Assembly (NCBI GenBank): GCA_965226235.1
Contig: OZ245335.1
Location: 1,066,375-1,130,374, forward strand
Origin: Candidatus Oxydemutatoraceae bacterium
GTDB lineage: Bacteria; Pseudomonadota; Gammaproteobacteria; Poriferisulfidales; Oxydemutatoraceae
Reading direction: 5' to 3'
Length of the DNA stretch: 64,000 nucleotides
The position numbers were made by a program, and so were the translations under genes. Positions 29,221-39,805 of this stretch are shown in pieces (position 1 is the first letter of the stretch; every line of letters starts with the position of its first letter). The notes under the pieces are model-generated. The model saw nothing but the letters and a program-made list of their open reading frames with translations, made no database searches and had not been told where the DNA came from.

Positions 29221-30954
29221 TTACTTCTGCCTGTCAATGTAGGTTTGCAACAGACCCTGTTCCGTTTCATCCAGTTCACCGGATTCCATCTTTTTGATCA
29301 ATTCGTCAAAGCGCTGCGTTTCCAGGTACCGGGTTAACCGGGCTGTGCTTTGTCTGAATTCTTCTTCCTTGTTCCCTGACAGCGGCATTTTCGACAATTG
29401 TATGAACAGTTGCTCATAATCGCCGCCGCGGTATCTTTCAAACAGCACCGGCATGGTTGCTCCGGGAACTTGCCGACAATATTCGATCAAGTCAGCCAAA
29501 AACCCTGCCTCAGGCAAGTCAATGGCGCGGATTTCATCGCACGGTAAATCGACTAATTCTGCAAATGAAGGAGTCGATAACAACAGCGCAGCCGCTACCC
29601 GAGCCATGGAATATTGTCGCTCCCGGTAATTCCCGCGCCCTGTCGGCAATGATTGTTGCCTGAATGGACGCTGCTTTTTCGTACTGACGGCCTGCAGATG
29701 CGAAATGGCCATGCCGGCTTTTTGCGCGAGTTGTTCCGTGAGTAGCTCCCGCATGGTTCCCTGCGGCAAACTGCCCAGCATCGGGCGTGCGCGTGTGGCG
29801 AACTTTGCGCGCACCTCCGGAATCGACAGGTCAAGCCCGGCGCGCAGATGATCGAACATGAAAAGAGACAGGGGGGTGGCCTGGGCAATGGCTTTTTCAA
29901 ATTCTCGTCGCCCATGCTTTTGAACGAAACTGTCCGGATCTTCCTGTTCCGGCAGGAACATGAATTCGACGGTTTTCCCTTCGTGAAAAGCAGGCAGCAC
30001 CTGTTCCAGCGCCGAAACAGCCGCTTTTTGACCCGCAAGGTCTCCGTCGAAGCAAAAAACGAGTTTGTCGCACAATTGAAAAAGCTGATGAACATGCTCT
30101 TTTGTAAAGGCCGTCCCAAGCGTCGCGACCACATTCTCAATCCCGTGATTGAACAAGGAAACAACGTCCATATACCCTTCGACAACGAGAACGCTGTCGA
30201 GCTTTCGGCACTTCCTGATTTCATATGCGCCATAAATGGTGCGGCTTTTTTTGAACAGCGCGGTCTCGGGAGAGTTTAGGTACTTGGGTTGCCCCTCCGC
30301 CTGCAACACCCGCCCGCCAAAAGCGATGGTGCGCCCTTGCCGGTCACGTATCGGAAACATCAAGCGTTGGCGAAACCGGTCGTAGGCTGGTTTGTCGTCT
30401 TTCTTTGCGACCAGGCCGGCTTTGAGCAGCAAGCGCTCGTTGTACTCCCTGCCAAAAAAACGTTTCAGGTTGTCAAATCCGTCAGGGGCGTAACCGATAC
30501 CAAAAACTTCCGCGGTGTTTTCCTCGATGCCGCGGCGCGCAAGATAATCGACGGCGTGCTTCGCGCGGCCCAGGCTCTTGCGATAAAGTCCGGCAGCTTT
30601 GGAAAGCACGTCAAACAAGGATTTGTATTCCTCATCGGCAGCCGGATCTCCGCCTTCCCGAGGCACGTCCACGTTTGCAATTTTGGCCAGCGTTTCGATC
30701 GCATCGACAAATCCAATGTTCGAGTATTCCATCAGAAACTTGGTGACGTTGCCGCCGACATTGCAGCCGAAACAATAATACAGTTGCTTCTGCGGGCTGA
30801 CGGAAAAAGACGGAGTTTTTTCCTCGTGGAAAGGGCAGCAGGCCATGTATTCCTGCCCTTTTTTCTGCAATGGAACGAACTGCGAAATAACCTCGACAAT
30901 GTCGACACCCGTCAACAGGTTGTCTATGAAGGCCGAAGGAATCCTGCCGGCCAT
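29221..30954 (-). CDS. dnaG: DNA primase
   Basis: Zinc-ribbon CCPFHEEKTPSFSV...YYCFGC and a TOPRIM domain. Confidence 0.93.
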   Translation of the reverse strand: MAGRIPSAFIDNLLTGVDIVEVISQFVPLQKKGQEYMACCPFHEEKTPSFSVSPQKQLYYCFGCNVGGNVTKFLMEYSNIGFVDAIETLAKIANVDVPREGGDPAADEEYKSLFDVLSKAAGLYRKSLGRAKHAVDYLARRGIEENTAEVFGIGYAPDGFDNLKRFFGREYNERLLLKAGLVAKKDDKPAYDRFRQRLMFPIRDRQGRTIAFGGRVLQAEGQPKYLNSPETALFKKSRTIYGAYEIRKCRKLDSVLVVEGYMDVVSLFNHGIENVVATLGTAFTKEHVHQLFQLCDKLVFCFDGDLAGQKAAVSALEQVLPAFHEGKTVEFMFLPEQEDPDSFVQKHGRREFEKAIAQATPLSLFMFDHLRAGLDLSIPEVRAKFATRARPMLGSLPQGTMRELLTEQLAQKAGMAISHLQAVSTKKQRPFRQQSLPTGRGNYRERQYSMARVAAALLLSTPSFAELVDLPCDEIRAIDLPEAGFLADLIEYCRQVPGATMPVLFERYRGGDYEQLFIQLSKMPLSGNKEEEFRQSTARLTRYLETQRFDELIKKMESGELDETEQGLLQTYIDRQK

Positions 30955-30963
30955 CGCAGGGAC

Positions 30964-33900
30964 TTATACGGCTTTGTGCATGGTGTTGGTCAAAACGCTC
31001 AACTCCACATCATGCGGCTTGACCAGGTAAAACGACGGCAGACATTCGGCAAATCGGGCGACTATTCTTCTGCCTCGCGGGCTTTTGGTCTTGCTGACGT
31101 ATTCGGTGAGCAACGCCAGCAGGTAGTCCTGCTGCCGCTGCAGGTGCGAACCGTCCATGCGCTGTATCTCCACCAGGTCATCGTTATAACAGTCATGGAA
31201 ACGATGGTGTTCATCGAAAATCAGTGCGAGACCACCGCTCATGCCCGCGCCGAAATTGATCCCGGTGTCACCCAGTACGACCACCGTACCACCGGTCATG
31301 TACTCGCACCCGTGATCGCCTACGCCTTCAATGACGGCGACGGTGCCGGAATTCCTGACGGCAAAGCGTTCCCCGGCGAGACCCGCAGCAAAAAACTTTC
31401 CGCCGGTCGCGCCATACAGGCAGGTGTTGCCAACGATCGGCGTCCGATGACCGACGGTGGTTGCGGACTCCGGCGGGCGCAGAGCAATTTCTCCTGCGGC
31501 CATGCCTTTACCGACGTAATCGTTGGCGTCACCTTCAAGGTGTAATCTGAGCCCGCCAGCGTTCCAGGCCCCCAGGCTTTGTCCAGCGGTGCCGGTAAGC
31601 TGAATCGTTATCGGTGCGTCTTCCATGCCATAGTTGCCGTGCACCCGGGCAATTTCCCCAGACAGCAGAGCCCCGATCGATCGGTGAGTATTGTTGATGG
31701 AATAAGCAAAAGTTCCGCCGCTTTTGTTTTCGATGGCCTGGCGCACATCGGCAAGCATTTTCGTGGCCAACTCCGCTTTGTCGAAAGGCGCGTTCCTGTC
31801 GTGAACACAAAACCTGTGCGGGTGCGTGGCGTCGGTGAGACACGAAAGGATCGGGGTCAGGTCCACGCTTTTTCGTGCGCTTGAACTTTCTTCAGGGATT
31901 TCCAGAAACGATGCACAGCCGATGAGTTCATTGATCTTCCTGACGCCAAGCTTCGCCATCCACCCCCGGGTTTCGGTAGCGACAAACCTGAAGTAGTTCA
32001 TCACCATCTGTTTCTCCCCGATAAAGTGCTGTAGCCTGAGAACCTGATTCTGTGTCGCTACGCCGGTCGCGCAGTTGTTCAGATGGCAGATTCGCAGATA
32101 CTTGCAACCCATCGCGATCATCGGCGCGGTGCCAAATCCAAAGCTTTCAGCCCCCAGGATGGCCGCCTTCACAACGTCCAGACCGGTTTTCAACCCACCG
32201 TCGGTTTGCAACCGCACTTTGCCGCGCAAGCCATTTTCGCGCAGCACCAGATTGGCTTCGCTGAGACCGAGTTCCCAGGGTGTGCCCGCATACTTGATGC
32301 TGGTCAGGGGGCTCGCGCCGGTGCCCCCGTCGTAACCTGAAATGGTGATCAGGTCAGCGTATGCTTTTGCTACGCCCGCGGCGATCGTACCGACACCCGC
32401 TTCGGAGACCAGCTTTACCGATACCAGGGCGTCTGGATTGACTTGCTTGAGATCAAAAATCAGTTGTGCCAGATCCTCGATCGAATAAATGTCGTGATGT
32501 GGCGGAGGCGATATCAGCGTCGTGCCTTCATTGCAATAACGCAATCCTGCAATCATCGCGTTGACCTTGTTGCCAGGCAGTTGTCCGCCTTCGCCTGGTT
32601 TTGCACCCTGGGCTATCTTGATCTGCAAAACTTCGGCATTGACCAGGTAATGGGGGGTGACGCCGAAGCGCCCCGAGGCAACCTGTTTGATCTTCGAGGA
32701 TTTATCCGTGCCGTAGCGCCTGGGGTCTTCCCCCCCCTCGCCTGAGTTGGAACGCGCCCCCAGACAATTCATCGCCTGCGCCAGCGTTTCGTGCGCGTCA
32801 GGCGACAACGCCCCCAGCGACATGCCGGCCGAATTGAAGCGTGGCAGAATGTCTTCCAGCGGCTCGACTTCCTCGATCGCCACAGGTGTCGGCGCGAACT
32901 TCAATCTGAACTTGTCACGCAACACGATCGGCTGACGCTGATTGATGTGATCCGAGAACAGCTTATAGTCGGCATAACTCCCGCTGCGCACCGCCCGGTG
33001 CAACAGCTCGACCACATCCGGGTTATAGGCGTGATACTCCTCGCCGTGAACATACTTCAGCAGCCCCCCCTGCTCCAGTGCCTTAGCCGGTTGCCACGCC
33101 AGCCAGGCCAAACGCAGTTGCTCTTCGTGCAACTGCGCGAAACGGATGCCTTGTATGCGGCTGACGGTATTTGCAAAACACAGATCGACTATCTCTTCGT
33201 GCAAGCCGACGATTTCAAACAACTGTGCTCCACGATAGCTCGCTACCGTCGATATGCCCATCTTCGACATGATCTTGTACAGCCCCTTGTTGATCCCATT
33301 GCGATAATTCAGGCTCAGCACCGAAGGGGTAACTTTTTCGCCGACTTCGCCGGCCCCGTGCAGACCGGCCAGCATGCAGTAGGAGAGATAAGGGAAAACC
33401 GCGGTCGCGCCATACCCGATCAGCGTTGCGTGTTGGTGCGGATCGCGGGCAAACCCGGTCTCGACGATGATGTTGGCATCGCAGCGTAAATGCTCGTTCA
33501 CGAGACGGTGATGTACGGCGCCGCAGGCAAGCAGCGCATGTATCGGAATTTTGTCTCGCGCGATATTCCTGTCGGAGAGCACGACGAAGCAGACGGATTC
33601 TTCTTTTACCGCTTTGACGACTTCGTCGCAGAGGTTGTTTATCCCGCTTTGCAGATCCAGGTCGGCAGCAATGTTGAGGTCGAAAATCTTGTGACGATAG
33701 CCCTGTCCAGCCATTTCCAGAAGGCCGTAAAACGTGCGTTCAGACAACATCGGCGATTCGATGACAACACGCCTGGCGTTCTCCGGCTTTTCTTCAAACG
33801 GGCTACATTCCGGTCCGAGACAGGTCTCCAGGGACATCACGACGGATTCGCGCAAGGAATCTATCGGCGGGTTGGTTACCTGGGCGAACTGTTGGCGAAA

Positions 33901-35421
33901 GGTGTCTGTGAGCAACCGGGGGCGCAGGGACATGACCGGCAACGGCGTGTCATCTCCCATCGAGCCGACGGCTTCCTGGGCGCTTTCCGCAAGCACACGT
34001 ATCACCTGGTCCTTCTCTTCAAAGGTGATGCCGAACATTTTTTCATACACGGCGAGCTTCTCTTTGGACAGGATCGGCGACGCTGCCGAACCGGACGTCG
34101 GTAGCTTGCAGGTTCCAGTTGTCAGCCATCGGCGATACGGGTGGCGACGCTTGAGACCGCCGTCTATCGCTCCCGACGACAACAATTCACCGGTCTCGGT
34201 GTCGACCGCGAGCATCTCCCCCGGCTTCAGCCTGCCTTTTTCCTCGACTTCCTCCGGAGCGTAGTCATAGACGCCGATTTCAGACGCAAGCGTCATATGC
34301 CGGTCCTTGGTAATCACGTACCGGGCCGGACGCAAACCATTGCGATCGAGTATGCAGGCAGCATATCGCCCGTCGGTGAGAACGATACCGGCCGGGCCGT
34401 CCCATGGCTCCATCGACATGGAGTGATAACTGTAAAATGCACGCAGATCCGGATCTGGATTTTTGGCTTTCTGCCAGGCCGGAGGAATGAGCAGGCGCAT
34501 CGCCTGAAAGATATCCATGCCGCCAGCGAGCAACACCTCGAGCATATTGTCCAGGCTGCATGAGTCCGACCCATCCATCGACACCAGCGGCAACAGCTCA
34601 GCCAGATCCGGCAACGCCGGCGTCTTGAACTGGTGCGTGCGTGCGTTGGCCCAGCTACGGTTGCCCTGGATGGTATTGATCTCGCCGTTGTGGGCAAGAA
34701 ACCTGAAAGGCTGAGCGAGCCACCATTGCGGCAAAGTATTTGTCGAGAACCTTTGGTGAAAAACACAGATGGAGGACTCCAGTTTCGCGTCCCCGAGATC
34801 TTCATAAAAGCGTGGCAGGTTCTTGGGCATCACCAAGCCTTTGTAGATCACGGTTCGCGACGACAAACCGGTTATATACAGCTTTATTTTCTCTTTTTCT
34901 GCTTCTATCTCCGCGCGCCTTCTTGCGATGAACAGGGCGCGTTCGAAATCTTCGGTGGAACCGGATGCATTGACGAAAACCTGCTCGATGCGTGGCAGGG
35001 TTTCCAGAGCTTTCCTGCCACAGGGATCGCGGTTGATCGGAACTTCCCGCCATCCTGCCAAAACGGTGTCTTGCGCCGCCAAGGCAGATTGCAGCAAGGA
35101 TTTGGCCTGCCCGGCCTCGCGTGAATCCTGACTCAGAAACACTGTGCCGACCGCAAATATCCGGCCAACGTCGATCTTTGCTTCTTCGGCCTTTTCCCGC
35201 ATAAAGGAAACCGGCATTTTCAGCAACAGACCGCAACCATCCCCCGTCTTGCCATCCGCGGCAACGGCTCCGCGATGAGTCAATCGGCCAAGCGAATGAA
35301 CGGCAGTGGATATAAGCCAGTGGCTGGCCTGCCCATCCATGTTGGCAATCAAGCCAAAGCCGCAACTGTCCTTCTCGAAAGCAGGATGGTAAAGGCCTTT
35401 TTTTACAGGTTTTTCCATCAA
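30964..35421 (-). CDS. gltB: Glutamate synthase large subunit
   Basis: N-terminal amidotransferase CGFGLIA and full-length similarity (1485 aa). Confidence 0.95.
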   Translation of the reverse strand: MMEKPVKKGLYHPAFEKDSCGFGLIANMDGQASHWLISTAVHSLGRLTHRGAVAADGKTGDGCGLLLKMPVSFMREKAEEAKIDVGRIFAVGTVFLSQDSREAGQAKSLLQSALAAQDTVLAGWREVPINRDPCGRKALETLPRIEQVFVNASGSTEDFERALFIARRRAEIEAEKEKIKLYITGLSSRTVIYKGLVMPKNLPRFYEDLGDAKLESSICVFHQRFSTNTLPQWWLAQPFRFLAHNGEINTIQGNRSWANARTHQFKTPALPDLAELLPLVSMDGSDSCSLDNMLEVLLAGGMDIFQAMRLLIPPAWQKAKNPDPDLRAFYSYHSMSMEPWDGPAGIVLTDGRYAACILDRNGLRPARYVITKDRHMTLASEIGVYDYAPEEVEEKGRLKPGEMLAVDTETGELLSSGAIDGGLKRRHPYRRWLTTGTCKLPTSGSAASPILSKEKLAVYEKMFGITFEEKDQVIRVLAESAQEAVGSMGDDTPLPVMSLRPRLLTDTFRQQFAQVTNPPIDSLRESVVMSLETCLGPECSPFEEKPENARRVVIESPMLSERTFYGLLEMAGQGYRHKIFDLNIAADLDLQSGINNLCDEVVKAVKEESVCFVVLSDRNIARDKIPIHALLACGAVHHRLVNEHLRCDANIIVETGFARDPHQHATLIGYGATAVFPYLSYCMLAGLHGAGEVGEKVTPSVLSLNYRNGINKGLYKIMSKMGISTVASYRGAQLFEIVGLHEEIVDLCFANTVSRIQGIRFAQLHEEQLRLAWLAWQPAKALEQGGLLKYVHGEEYHAYNPDVVELLHRAVRSGSYADYKLFSDHINQRQPIVLRDKFRLKFAPTPVAIEEVEPLEDILPRFNSAGMSLGALSPDAHETLAQAMNCLGARSNSGEGGEDPRRYGTDKSSKIKQVASGRFGVTPHYLVNAEVLQIKIAQGAKPGEGGQLPGNKVNAMIAGLRYCNEGTTLISPPPHHDIYSIEDLAQLIFDLKQVNPDALVSVKLVSEAGVGTIAAGVAKAYADLITISGYDGGTGASPLTSIKYAGTPWELGLSEANLVLRENGLRGKVRLQTDGGLKTGLDVVKAAILGAESFGFGTAPMIAMGCKYLRICHLNNCATGVATQNQVLRLQHFIGEKQMVMNYFRFVATETRGWMAKLGVRKINELIGCASFLEIPEESSSARKSVDLTPILSCLTDATHPHRFCVHDRNAPFDKAELATKMLADVRQAIENKSGGTFAYSINNTHRSIGALLSGEIARVHGNYGMEDAPITIQLTGTAGQSLGAWNAGGLRLHLEGDANDYVGKGMAAGEIALRPPESATTVGHRTPIVGNTCLYGATGGKFFAAGLAGERFAVRNSGTVAVIEGVGDHGCEYMTGGTVVVLGDTGINFGAGMSGGLALIFDEHHRFHDCYNDDLVEIQRMDGSHLQRQQDYLLALLTEYVSKTKSPRGRRIVARFAECLPSFYLVKPHDVELSVLTNTMHKAV

Positions 35422-35520
35422 TTACGCTCGCGGATTCCCGTCACCCAGGCAAATAACACATCGTTCCCCGATTATAGCAACCCCCGGTGGATACCGGGAC
35501 GGCCTGGTACATGGGTCAAA

Positions 35521-36651
35521 TCAAGCCTGAGACCGTTGAGCCATGAGAAAGTCCGCGATACCCGACTCGGTAACGCTGTCGTCGATGAATGCTTTGCCGA
35601 TCTTCTCCAGCAAAACCAGGCGGTACTTCCCTTGCGTGTGCTTTTTGTCACGCGCCATGCCCGCAAGCAGACCATCGACACGAGCGTCTGCGGGAAGCTT
35701 GCGCGGCAGGCGCGCTCGATCAAGCAAGGTAGCGACCCGCGACACGTCCCCGTCGTCAAGGTGCCCACGCGCACGCGACAGGGTGGCGGCAAGCAGCAAC
35801 CCACAGGCAACCGCTTCTCCATGCAGCCACTCCCCATACCCCATCACCGACTCGATTGCATGGCCAAAAGTATGCCCAAGATTCAAAAGCATCCTGTAGC
35901 CGGTGCTTTCACGTTCATCCCGGGCAACGACCTGCGCCTTGATCTGGCATGATCGGAATATCGCGTGCGTCAAGGCATCGACATCGCGCGCCATCAGCCG
36001 ATCTACATTCGCTTCCAGCCAACCGAAGAAATCAGCGTCGAGAATCATGCCGTACTTGATGATCTCCGCCAGGCCTGCCGAAAAATGCCTCGGTGGCAAC
36101 GTGGAAAGCGTGCCAAGATCAATCACGACGGCGCGTGGTTGGTAAAACGCGCCGATCATGTTCTTCCCCAGTGCGTGGTTCACGCCGGTCTTGCCACCCA
36201 CGGACGAATCTACCTGTGCAAGCAATGTCGTGGGCACCTGTATGAAATCCACACCGCGTTGATAGCAGGCTGCGACAAAGCCGGTGATGTCACCGATCAC
36301 GCCACCGCCGAGCGCCACCAGTGTGGTGTCCCTGCCAACCCCGGCCTGTAACAGCCGCGAACAAACATCCTCGAAGGTGGCCAGCGTCTTGTGCCTCTCG
36401 CCCGCGGGCAGTACGATCCGAACCGGATCCTTCTGGCCCAAAGTGTCACACACCCGTTCGAGGTATAGGGGCGCGACCATCTCGTCAGTGACAACACAAA
36501 CGCGATGATCGCCGACGCAATCGCGTAAAACATCGACCCGGGTGAGCAATTCCTTGCCGATATGGACCGGGTAGGTACGAACCCCTAAATCGATGCTCAG
36601 AGTGTTAATGACGCGGTTGACCCCTGTTTTCGAGTAATAGGATAATTTCAT
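35521..36651 (-). CDS. aroB: 3-dehydroquinate synthase
   Basis: Close colinear match to E. coli AroB (GRDTTLVALGGGV(V/I)GD.TGFAAA.YQRGV.FIQVPTTLL.QVDSSVGGKT.VNH.LGKNMIGAFYQP). The start was chosen at MKLSYY and may be slightly later. Confidence 0.88.
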   Translation of the reverse strand: MKLSYYSKTGVNRVINTLSIDLGVRTYPVHIGKELLTRVDVLRDCVGDHRVCVVTDEMVAPLYLERVCDTLGQKDPVRIVLPAGERHKTLATFEDVCSRLLQAGVGRDTTLVALGGGVIGDITGFVAACYQRGVDFIQVPTTLLAQVDSSVGGKTGVNHALGKNMIGAFYQPRAVVIDLGTLSTLPPRHFSAGLAEIIKYGMILDADFFGWLEANVDRLMARDVDALTHAIFRSCQIKAQVVARDERESTGYRMLLNLGHTFGHAIESVMGYGEWLHGEAVACGLLLAATLSRARGHLDDGDVSRVATLLDRARLPRKLPADARVDGLLAGMARDKKHTQGKYRLVLLEKIGKAFIDDSVTESGIADFLMAQRSQA

Positions 36652-37141
36652 CCACGGTGTCGTCGATTCCCTTGGCACCACCGACATCCACGAAAAAATC
36701 CGCGATCTGCTCGTAGAGTCCGTAGCGTTGCCGATTGACACTCTCCAGCCTGGTGCGTGGGTCATGCTGGCCCAGCAATGGCCTGGTCGCCGGATCGTCG
36801 ATCCTTTCCAGTTGAGAATCAATATCGATGTGCATCCAAACGACCGTCCCCCGCTCATGCAGATGACGGCGATTGGCCACTGAAAGAACTGCCCCACCAC
36901 CGGTAGCCAGAACGATATTGGGATTTTGGGTCAACTCTGCTATCACTCGTTCTTCGTATTCTCTGAATACTTTCTCCCCCTGCCGTCCAAAAATATCGGC
37001 AATTGATAGCCCGGCACGCTTTTCCACGACGGCATCGCTGTCAAAAAACGGGCGATCAAGCCGCCCGGCAAGGCACTTGCCTGCAGTAGTTTTGCCACAT
37101 GCCATGGGGCCGATCAGAAAAATGCCGCGCGAAGCTACCAT
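36605..37141 (-). CDS. aroK: Shikimate kinase
   Basis: P-loop GPMACGKTT and full-length similarity to AroK. Confidence 0.88.
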   Translation of the reverse strand: MVASRGIFLIGPMACGKTTAGKCLAGRLDRPFFDSDAVVEKRAGLSIADIFGRQGEKVFREYEERVIAELTQNPNIVLATGGGAVLSVANRRHLHERGTVVWMHIDIDSQLERIDDPATRPLLGQHDPRTRLESVNRQRYGLYEQIADFFVDVGGAKGIDDTVDEIILLLENRGQPRH

Positions 37142-37381
37142 GTAACCAACAACTACCCGCCGAAGCGTCTGCACGAATCAAGCGACGAACCAGGCCACGG
37201 ATTAAAGTGCCTGCCATTTCGCGAACAACTGCCAGATCGGGAATCTGCTCCCGAGGGTGCACAGAGTGTTTCAAGCACAAAAGTATACACGAGCCCCTGA
37301 CAGATTATTGGCTATAATCTATCAGGCAATCCGATCGCTATCTTTACAGTGCTTGAGGCTGCCGCTTAGGAATGGTCGTAC

Positions 37382-39793
37382 GTGGTCGCAGGCGTTTTTA
37401 AAAAAATCATTGGCACGGCATTCAGCCTGTTTCTGGCTGCAACGGTTCTGCTGACAGGAGCCTACTTTTATGTCGCACCGGAAATGCCTTCGGTTACCGA
37501 TCTCAAAAACATTCGCCTGCAAACCCCGCTTCGGATTTACGCTCGCGATGGGCAACTGCTCGGTGAGTTCGGCGAGCAACGCCGCATCCCGGTCGCGATG
37601 AGTGAGGTTCCGTCGCTGATGATCAATGCGTTCCTCGCTGCCGAAGATGATCGTTTTTTCGAGCACCCCGGGGTAGATTACGCGGGGCTGTTGCGAGCAA
37701 CCATGAAACTGATCGAGACCGGGGAGAAAAAGCAAGGCGGCAGCACGATTACCATGCAACTCGCCAGGAACTATTTCCTGACCAGTGAGAGAACCTACAA
37801 ACGCAAGATCAAGGAAATCTTTCTGGCCTTGCTGATAGAAAAAAATTTCAGCAAAAACGAAATACTCGAGCTATATCTGAACAAGATATTTCTTGGTCAA
37901 CGCGCCTATGGCGTAGGTGCCGCAGCCGATGTGTATTACGGGGTAGCGGTGCAGGATCTCAATCTGGCGCAGATAGCGATGATCGCCGGTCTGCCCAAGG
38001 CTCCATCTGTATACAACCCGCTAAGAGACCCCCCCCTCTCGCTCAAGCGCCGCAATTACGTGCTGAACCGTATGCTGGAGTTGAAAATGATCGAGGCGAC
38101 AACCCACACGGCAGCAACAATGGCACCGGTCACGGCGAAGTGGCATGATGCGATCATCGCAGTCGACGCGCCGTATGTCGCTGAAATGGCCCGACTCGAA
38201 GCGATAGAACGATTTGGCTACAACGCTTATACCGATGGCTACGAAATTCATACAACTGTCGAAAGTGATTTGCAGGCGCAGGCAAACAAATCCATACGGA
38301 AAGCGCTGGGCGAATATGACACGCGACACGGTTATCGGGGTGCTGAAAAACATTTTGGTGCCGATGTCCTGACCGACAGCGAACTGCTTGAAACAACACT
38401 TGATCAAATCAAGGAAGCAGGCGGGCTGATGCCGGCCATAGTGACCGAAGTTCATGACAAAACTTTCGAGGTGCTGATCAAGGGTGCTGGAAAAGCGACG
38501 ATCGAGTTGGCTGGCTACAGTTGGGCGCACCGCTACATAGACCAGGACAAATATGGAACTGCGCCGCAGAGTGCCGATGAGGTGGTCTCGGTCGGGGATC
38601 TGGTGCGCGTTGAGAAACAAGACGCCGGATGGCAGCTCGGACAACTACCGAAGGTCAACGGCGCGATTGTCGCACTGGCTGCCGATAGCGGCGCGATTGT
38701 CGCGCTGAGCGGCGGCCTGGATTTTTCCTTGAGCAACTTCAACCGGGCAATCCAGGCGAAGCGACAACCTGGCTCCGCGTTCAAGCCGTTTATTTATTCG
38801 GCTGCCCTGGCGCACGGTTACACCCCGGCATCGATCGTCAATGACGCCCCCGTTGTTTTTACCGACTTTCGCACCCGTCTCGATTGGCGTCCGGTAAATT
38901 ACAGCGGTAAATTTTTCGGCCCCACGCGCTTGCGCGAAGCTTTGAAGCATTCGCGCAACCTGGTCTCGATCAGGCTGGTCGACAGCTTGAGCGTGAGAAA
39001 CACATTGGATTACATCATGCGGTTTGGGTTTGACCGTAGCGATCAACCATACAACCTGACGCTTGCGCTTGGCTCCGGGGCGGTCACGCCGCTCGGTCTG
39101 GCGAGCGGCTTCACCACATTTGCCAATGGTGGCGTGCGAGTCGAGCCGTACCTGGTCGACACAATCCGCCAGGCAGAAAAAACAATCTACGCAGCACAAA
39201 CACCGAGGATTTGTGCCGAGGGTTGCGATCAGAAAATCAGCGATGCCCTGGACGCCGCCGTACGACTGGAAGCCACAGCGGCTTCGACTGCGACGACCTC
39301 CGGTTACGCTCGGCGGACCATTCCGTCGGGGGTCGCATACCAGATCAGCAGTATGCTGCAGGATGCCATCCGTGGCGGAACGGGACAACGCGCACTGGCG
39401 CTGAAACGCTCCGACCTGGCCGGAAAAACCGGAACGACGAACGATCAACACGACGCATGGTTCGTCGGGTTCAATCGCGATATTGTGACCGTAAGCTGGG
39501 TCGGGTTTGACGACCATCAACCGCTGGGGCGCTATGAAACCGGCAGCCGGGCCGCATTGCCGATGTGGATCGAATTCATGAAGGCTGCGCTCGACAACAA
39601 GGAAGAACGCTCCTACTTCAAGCCACCCAACATCGTCACCGCCAGGATCGATCCGGAAACCGGGATGCTGGCGCACCCCATGGATGAAGATTCGGTAATT
39701 GAAAGCTTTCGTGACGAATACCTGCCAAAAGATATCTCCAGTGGCGCTTCTGACAACAAGCAGCAAGAACAGCAGCCGGAAAAACTGTTTTGA
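37382..39793 (+). CDS. mrcA: Penicillin-binding protein 1A (bifunctional transglycosylase/transpeptidase)
   Basis: N-terminal TM segment, a transglycosylase motif (EDDRFFEHPGVD) and a C-terminal transpeptidase domain. It is divergent from aroK, as ponA is in Pseudomonas. Confidence 0.9.
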   Translation: MVAGVFKKIIGTAFSLFLAATVLLTGAYFYVAPEMPSVTDLKNIRLQTPLRIYARDGQLLGEFGEQRRIPVAMSEVPSLMINAFLAAEDDRFFEHPGVDYAGLLRATMKLIETGEKKQGGSTITMQLARNYFLTSERTYKRKIKEIFLALLIEKNFSKNEILELYLNKIFLGQRAYGVGAAADVYYGVAVQDLNLAQIAMIAGLPKAPSVYNPLRDPPLSLKRRNYVLNRMLELKMIEATTHTAATMAPVTAKWHDAIIAVDAPYVAEMARLEAIERFGYNAYTDGYEIHTTVESDLQAQANKSIRKALGEYDTRHGYRGAEKHFGADVLTDSELLETTLDQIKEAGGLMPAIVTEVHDKTFEVLIKGAGKATIELAGYSWAHRYIDQDKYGTAPQSADEVVSVGDLVRVEKQDAGWQLGQLPKVNGAIVALAADSGAIVALSGGLDFSLSNFNRAIQAKRQPGSAFKPFIYSAALAHGYTPASIVNDAPVVFTDFRTRLDWRPVNYSGKFFGPTRLREALKHSRNLVSIRLVDSLSVRNTLDYIMRFGFDRSDQPYNLTLALGSGAVTPLGLASGFTTFANGGVRVEPYLVDTIRQAEKTIYAAQTPRICAEGCDQKISDALDAAVRLEATAASTATTSGYARRTIPSGVAYQISSMLQDAIRGGTGQRALALKRSDLAGKTGTTNDQHDAWFVGFNRDIVTVSWVGFDDHQPLGRYETGSRAALPMWIEFMKAALDNKEERSYFKPPNIVTARIDPETGMLAHPMDEDSVIESFRDEYLPKDISSGASDNKQQEQQPEKLF

Positions 39794-39805
39794 CCTGAAA
39801 GCACC

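Noticed and set aside
31320-35365. Numerous 60-230-aa ORFs on both strands inside gltB (for example 32791-33489, 33490-34104, 34802-35365)
   Set aside because: These are GC-rich alternative frames of a long, confidently identified gene. Arg/Ala/Pro-rich translations are typical of out-of-frame artefacts.
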